Below are positions 60,998 to 64,000 of a stretch of DNA of 64,000 nucleotides, piece after piece. The stretch is from an uncultured Spirochaetota bacterium (GTDB taxonomy: Bacteria; Spirochaetota; Spirochaetia; SZUA-6; Fen-1364). Under the pieces are notes generated by a model. The model had not been told where the DNA came from. It saw only the letters and a program-made list of their open reading frames with translations, and did no database searches. Within the stretch, counting starts at the first letter, position 1; the number at the start of each line of letters is the position of its first letter. The stretch is from NCBI GenBank assembly GCA_963733835.1, contig CAVTER010000004.1, positions 43,102 to 107,101 on the forward strand, in the 5' to 3' direction. The translations under genes were made by a program, and so were the position numbers.

Positions 60998-62095
60998 ATG
61001 GACAGGCGCACGCCCCGTCGACGGGCGGCCGCCGGGCGGGCCGCGGCAGGGGGTCACGCGAAGGCGGCACAGCGATCTCGATCCCGGCCGCAGCGCGGCG
61101 CGGTGGACACGCAGAGCGAGGAGCGGTTCATCGGGACCGTCGAGCGCCTGATCGACCCGATGGCGGTCTCCAACCTGCTGTGCTTCCAGTCGCTCAAGAA
61201 GCTCCTGCCGGCGTTCGTGCTGAAGGCACTGCTGCGAAGGGCTTCACGGAAGACCCCGCACATCGGATTCGTCATCGAGCCCTACAGCCTGTTCCTGTTT
61301 TTCCAGCTGAAGGACCTGGAGCTTGCGGCCTCGATGCTGCCGGAACGCTACGAGCTGGCAAAGACCAGGCTGTTCGCCGACGACGAGCCGGACTACTACC
61401 TTGGCATCGGGAACCTGGCCACGCGCGCGAGCACGTTCTGGGGAAACCGCCAGGAGTCCTACCTCATCGCGAAGGACCGCAAGACCGGGCTCCTGTCGTG
61501 GATCTTCATCGGGATCCTGAGCGACACCGTGATCGCCCTGCCGACGAAGGGCATCGCCGACGCGAACAGCAGGAACGCGATCTTCACGACCACGTCGAAG
61601 GGCGAGGTCATCATCGACTTCAGGGAAGACAGGACGGGAAGGCGGCTCTGCGCAAGGGGAAGCCTGCGCGGCGGGACGATGCGCGAATTGGACCAGCCCA
61701 TCTGGGTGATGGGCAACACCTCGATCGGCCACAGCAGGGACCTTGCAGCCGGGGACGACGCGCCCTTCGCGGTGATCTTCGACCCGGCCGAGGTCGAGCA
61801 GGGCCTGGACATCCCCCCGGGCGACATCAGGATCGAGGAGAACACGCTCTTCCCGGGCCTTGCGGAGCCCGAGCTCAGCAAGGTGGTCTGCTTTCCCTTT
61901 GCCCAGCACTACATGGCAGACAGCCCGGGCCTGCGCACCTTCGTGAAGGATCGCGCCGACCTGGTCGGGCACTACAAGAGGCTGGCGGATGCGGGTATCA
62001 CGCGGACGTTCTCCGCAAGGACGATCGTCGCGCAGATCGCCATCGGCATCGCGGTGTCGGCAGTCGTCGCCGCAGCGCTGGTGCTGATCTTCTGA
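60998..62095 (+). CDS. Hypothetical protein with a C-terminal TM anchor; divergent from the TetR regulator
   Basis: A 365-aa ORF with no recognised domain, ending in a hydrophobic helix (IVAQIAIGIAVSAVVAAALVLIF). The start is uncertain (alternative Met near 61160). Confidence 0.4.
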   Translation: MDRRTPRRRAAAGRAAAGGHAKAAQRSRSRPQRGAVDTQSEERFIGTVERLIDPMAVSNLLCFQSLKKLLPAFVLKALLRRASRKTPHIGFVIEPYSLFLFFQLKDLELAASMLPERYELAKTRLFADDEPDYYLGIGNLATRASTFWGNRQESYLIAKDRKTGLLSWIFIGILSDTVIALPTKGIADANSRNAIFTTTSKGEVIIDFREDRTGRRLCARGSLRGGTMRELDQPIWVMGNTSIGHSRDLAAGDDAPFAVIFDPAEVEQGLDIPPGDIRIEENTLFPGLAEPELSKVVCFPFAQHYMADSPGLRTFVKDRADLVGHYKRLADAGITRTFSARTIVAQIAIGIAVSAVVAAALVLIF

Positions 62096-62120
62096 GCCCC
62101 GGGGCCAGCGGGCCCCCGGC

Positions 62121-62988
62121 TCAGCGGAACTCGGGCGCGGGCGGGAAGAGCTGGTCCCGCCGTGCCACGAGATCGTCGCAGCTCTTCACGTCGTCGCCCA
62201 CGCGCACGAGGATCACGGGATTCAGCCCGGGGCCGCCGTACTGGACCGGGTGGGACTGCTGGGCCAGGATGCGGTGCGACGCCCCGATCACGAACTGCTC
62301 GGACTCGTCCTTCACGCTCCCGTACAGGTTCCCGTTCGAGTGCAGCGCGAGGGTGTCGCTGTAGATCTCGCGCCGGGTGATGTAGATCCTGCCGTCCAGG
62401 AGGTTCCCCATCTTGAGCCTGACGGTGACGCCCGGCTTGCCGTCGCCGTCGGCATCGACAAGGTTGGGATCCCGGGGATCGCGCGACAGCGGGAGCGACG
62501 GGTCGCCGGTGATGCCCAGCAGCGTGGGAGAGGTAGGGCGGAACACGATCCACTGCCCGTTCTCGAACCGGACCTGCACCTCCTGGACGCGGGGCGCGAT
62601 GGCGCGGGTGGCCTCGTCGGAAAAGAGCACCGTGACAGCTCTTCTGGTTCAGCTTCTGCTCCGCGCTGCAGAAGCTGTCGACCTGGTACAGACGCCCGTT
62701 CTCGAGCCTGAACTCCGTGAACCCGTACGACACCGTGAAGGTCCGCATGGGCGTGCGGGTGCTCGTGTCCTCGTAGGCCACCACGTCGTAGTGGGCGTAG
62801 CGCCCGGCGATGGCCTTCATCGCCTCCTGCACGTTCGCCGGACCCTTCCACGACGGGTCGCTCGCGGGGAACTCGTGCAGCGGGGACTTCGGCCACGGCA
62901 GTGGGGCGGAGCAGGCGCCCAGCGCAACCGCAAGTGCCGCGGCGCACGCGGCGAGCACCAGGTGCCTGAACGTCGTGCTATGTCTCAT
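62121..62988 (-). CDS. Hypothetical lipoprotein; one frameshift near 62645
   Basis: MRHSTTFRHLVLAACAAALAVALGACS is a lipobox. The sequence continues in the 62121..62630 frame (MLFSDEATRAIAPRVQEVQVRFENGQW...). Confidence 0.45.
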
Positions 62989-63119
62989 GGGGAAAGAAGA
63001 TACCACCACAGCGGTCGCGGAGGAAAGGTGCAAAGTGCCGCGCCCGGGGCAGGTCGGGTCACCCGGCGGCGCACCTCCCGCCGCCTTGCCCGGGGTCCTG
63101 CCCCGTGGTACAAGGGGCC

Positions 63120-63614
63120 ATGGCCACCCACGAGCTGCCCGACTACACGTACCGCGGCGCCCGCGCGCTGGTGCTGCTCCACGAGCGCTACATGCGCGAG
63201 TTCCTCCTCGCCTGGAAACGGGCGCGCGCGGCCCAGGTGCGGCTTCCGGCAACGGACGACCCCGACTACGCCTCCCACGAGGCGCTCCTCCACCACGGCC
63301 TGCGCGCCGCGCGCGGCTACTTGACCTGGCTGTGCGAGAAGCTGGGCCTTCCCGACCCCGGCATCGAGCCTGCCCCGGGCGTGGACACGGTGGAGAAGGA
63401 CGCCGACCGCTACCTCGAGCACCTGCTCGCGCGCTGGCGCCTGCCGCTGGCAGGGGTCGCGCAGGAGAGGTTCAGCGTGACGTACAAGGCGCGCTGGGGC
63501 GACGACATGACCTGCGAGAGCATGCTCGAGCACGCGGTCGTGCATCCCCTGCGGCACACCTTCCAGCTCGAGGAGCTGATGCAAGCCCAGTCCACGGGGA
63601 AGGGGCCGTCGTAG
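63120..63614 (+). CDS. DinB/YfiT-like (DinB_2 four-helix bundle) hypothetical protein
   Basis: A 165-aa ORF with a spaced His pattern (HE...H...H) resembling the DinB_2 metal-binding family. Confidence 0.4.
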   Translation: MATHELPDYTYRGARALVLLHERYMREFLLAWKRARAAQVRLPATDDPDYASHEALLHHGLRAARGYLTWLCEKLGLPDPGIEPAPGVDTVEKDADRYLEHLLARWRLPLAGVAQERFSVTYKARWGDDMTCESMLEHAVVHPLRHTFQLEELMQAQSTGKGPS

Positions 63615-63763
63615 CCGCAGCATCGGAGCACGAGGGCCCACGACGGGCGAGAACCCGGCCTGCGCAGGCAGCGTGGGCCGGGCGCTCCTGCCGGTGGCGA
63701 GCGGCTCGCAGGGGCGGAGGATCGTCCGCAGACGTGGCGATGGCTATCGTCACGAATACCTGG

Positions 63764-63794
63764 TTGACATACTTTTGATACTATAGTACTATAG
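63764..63794 (+). promoter_or_regulatory. Promoter plus palindromic operator upstream of the RHH gene
   Basis: TTGACA-17-TACTAT. The palindrome CTATAGTACTATAG overlaps the -10. Confidence 0.45.
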
Positions 63795-63828
63795 CGATGT
63801 GAATCATCAACCGTCGGGCAGGTTTGTG

Positions 63829-64000
63829 ATGAGAGTTCCCCCGAAGCTCCACGCATCCCTCAGGAAGCGTGCACGCGATACGGGGGTCTCGTTGAACAGC
63901 CTGTGCCTCGCCGCGCTCAATCGGCAACTCGGGGAGGGCAGTGCCTGCGACGAGGTACGGGCCATCCCGGTGCAGCAGATCAAGGAACTTGTCGGCGAGA
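63829..64000 (+). CDS. Ribbon-helix-helix (Arc/CopG/HicB-like) DNA-binding protein, probably a TA antitoxin; truncated by the window end
   Basis: MRVPPKLHASLRKRARDTGVSLNSLCLAALNRQLGEG is a beta-alpha-alpha RHH. A TTGACA-17-TACTAT promoter with a 14-bp palindrome lies upstream. Confidence 0.55.
   Translation, partial: MRVPPKLHASLRKRARDTGVSLNSLCLAALNRQLGEGSACDEVRAIPVQQIKELVGE

Overview
This is a high-GC (about 68-70%) 64 kb window from a diderm, apparently anaerobic bacterium. The evidence for a diderm is Lol/MacB-type ABC machinery, many lipoproteins with lipoboxes, and a beta-barrel outer-membrane protein ending in F-V-Y. Gene density is high on both strands. No rRNA, tRNA, CRISPR array or obvious mobile element was found.

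Gene content in order along the window:
- a partial GntR-family gene, then two tandem full-length uvrA paralogs (heavily frameshifted);
- a GNAT acetyltransferase, an aldo/keto reductase with a Cys-rich tail, and an orphan receiver;
- low-specificity threonine aldolase, an MsbA-like ABC exporter, a DUF523/DUF1722 protein, a flavin-reductase-like protein and a HAD hydrolase;
- a membrane class III nucleotidyl cyclase;
- a trimeric electron-bifurcating-type [FeFe]-hydrogenase locus (NuoE-like HydC, NuoF-like HydB, H-cluster HydA) behind an unusually AT-rich promoter island;
- directly downstream of it, a sensory [FeFe]-hydrogenase-like domain fused to a histidine kinase, plus a CheY-like receiver and a hybrid receiver-PAS-kinase: a candidate H2/redox-sensing phosphorelay;
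- a VapBC toxin-antitoxin pair, a minimal stand-alone class III cyclase, a DUF1801 protein, a lipoprotein hydrolase and a 51-aa basic protein;
- a seven-gene minus-strand operon: YtrA-like GntR, SPFH/band-7, ABC ATPase, two FtsX/MacB-type permeases, a LolA-like periplasmic protein and an outer-membrane barrel, with a divergent secreted beta-helix protein carrying an acidic (E/D-G-Y) repeat tail;
- a sugar-type ABC uptake locus (substrate-binding protein, two permeases, ROK regulator) flanked by an N-acylglucosamine 2-epimerase-family gene and two convergent uroporphyrinogen-decarboxylase-family (methyltransferase-like) genes;
- a second VapC/Phd pair, a frameshifted esterase, an NmrA-like reductase, a lipoprotein and a Cache-HAMP histidine kinase;
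- aroC, then an EIIA(Ntr)-like protein, a PII-like protein and a GlpA-like FAD oxidoreductase / pyridine nucleotide-disulfide oxidoreductase / DUF1667 triad;
- a second DUF1801 protein, a PrsW-like protease, a degraded CrtI-like pseudogene, an NAD epimerase, an Acg-type nitroreductase lipoprotein, a TetR regulator, several hypotheticals and a partial ribbon-helix-helix gene at the window end.

Many otherwise well-conserved genes carry single-base frame disruptions (both uvrA copies, hydA/B/C, the sensor kinase and others). This could be homopolymer indel error in the assembly or genuine decay. All coordinates are approximate to a few nucleotides, because I counted positions by hand.
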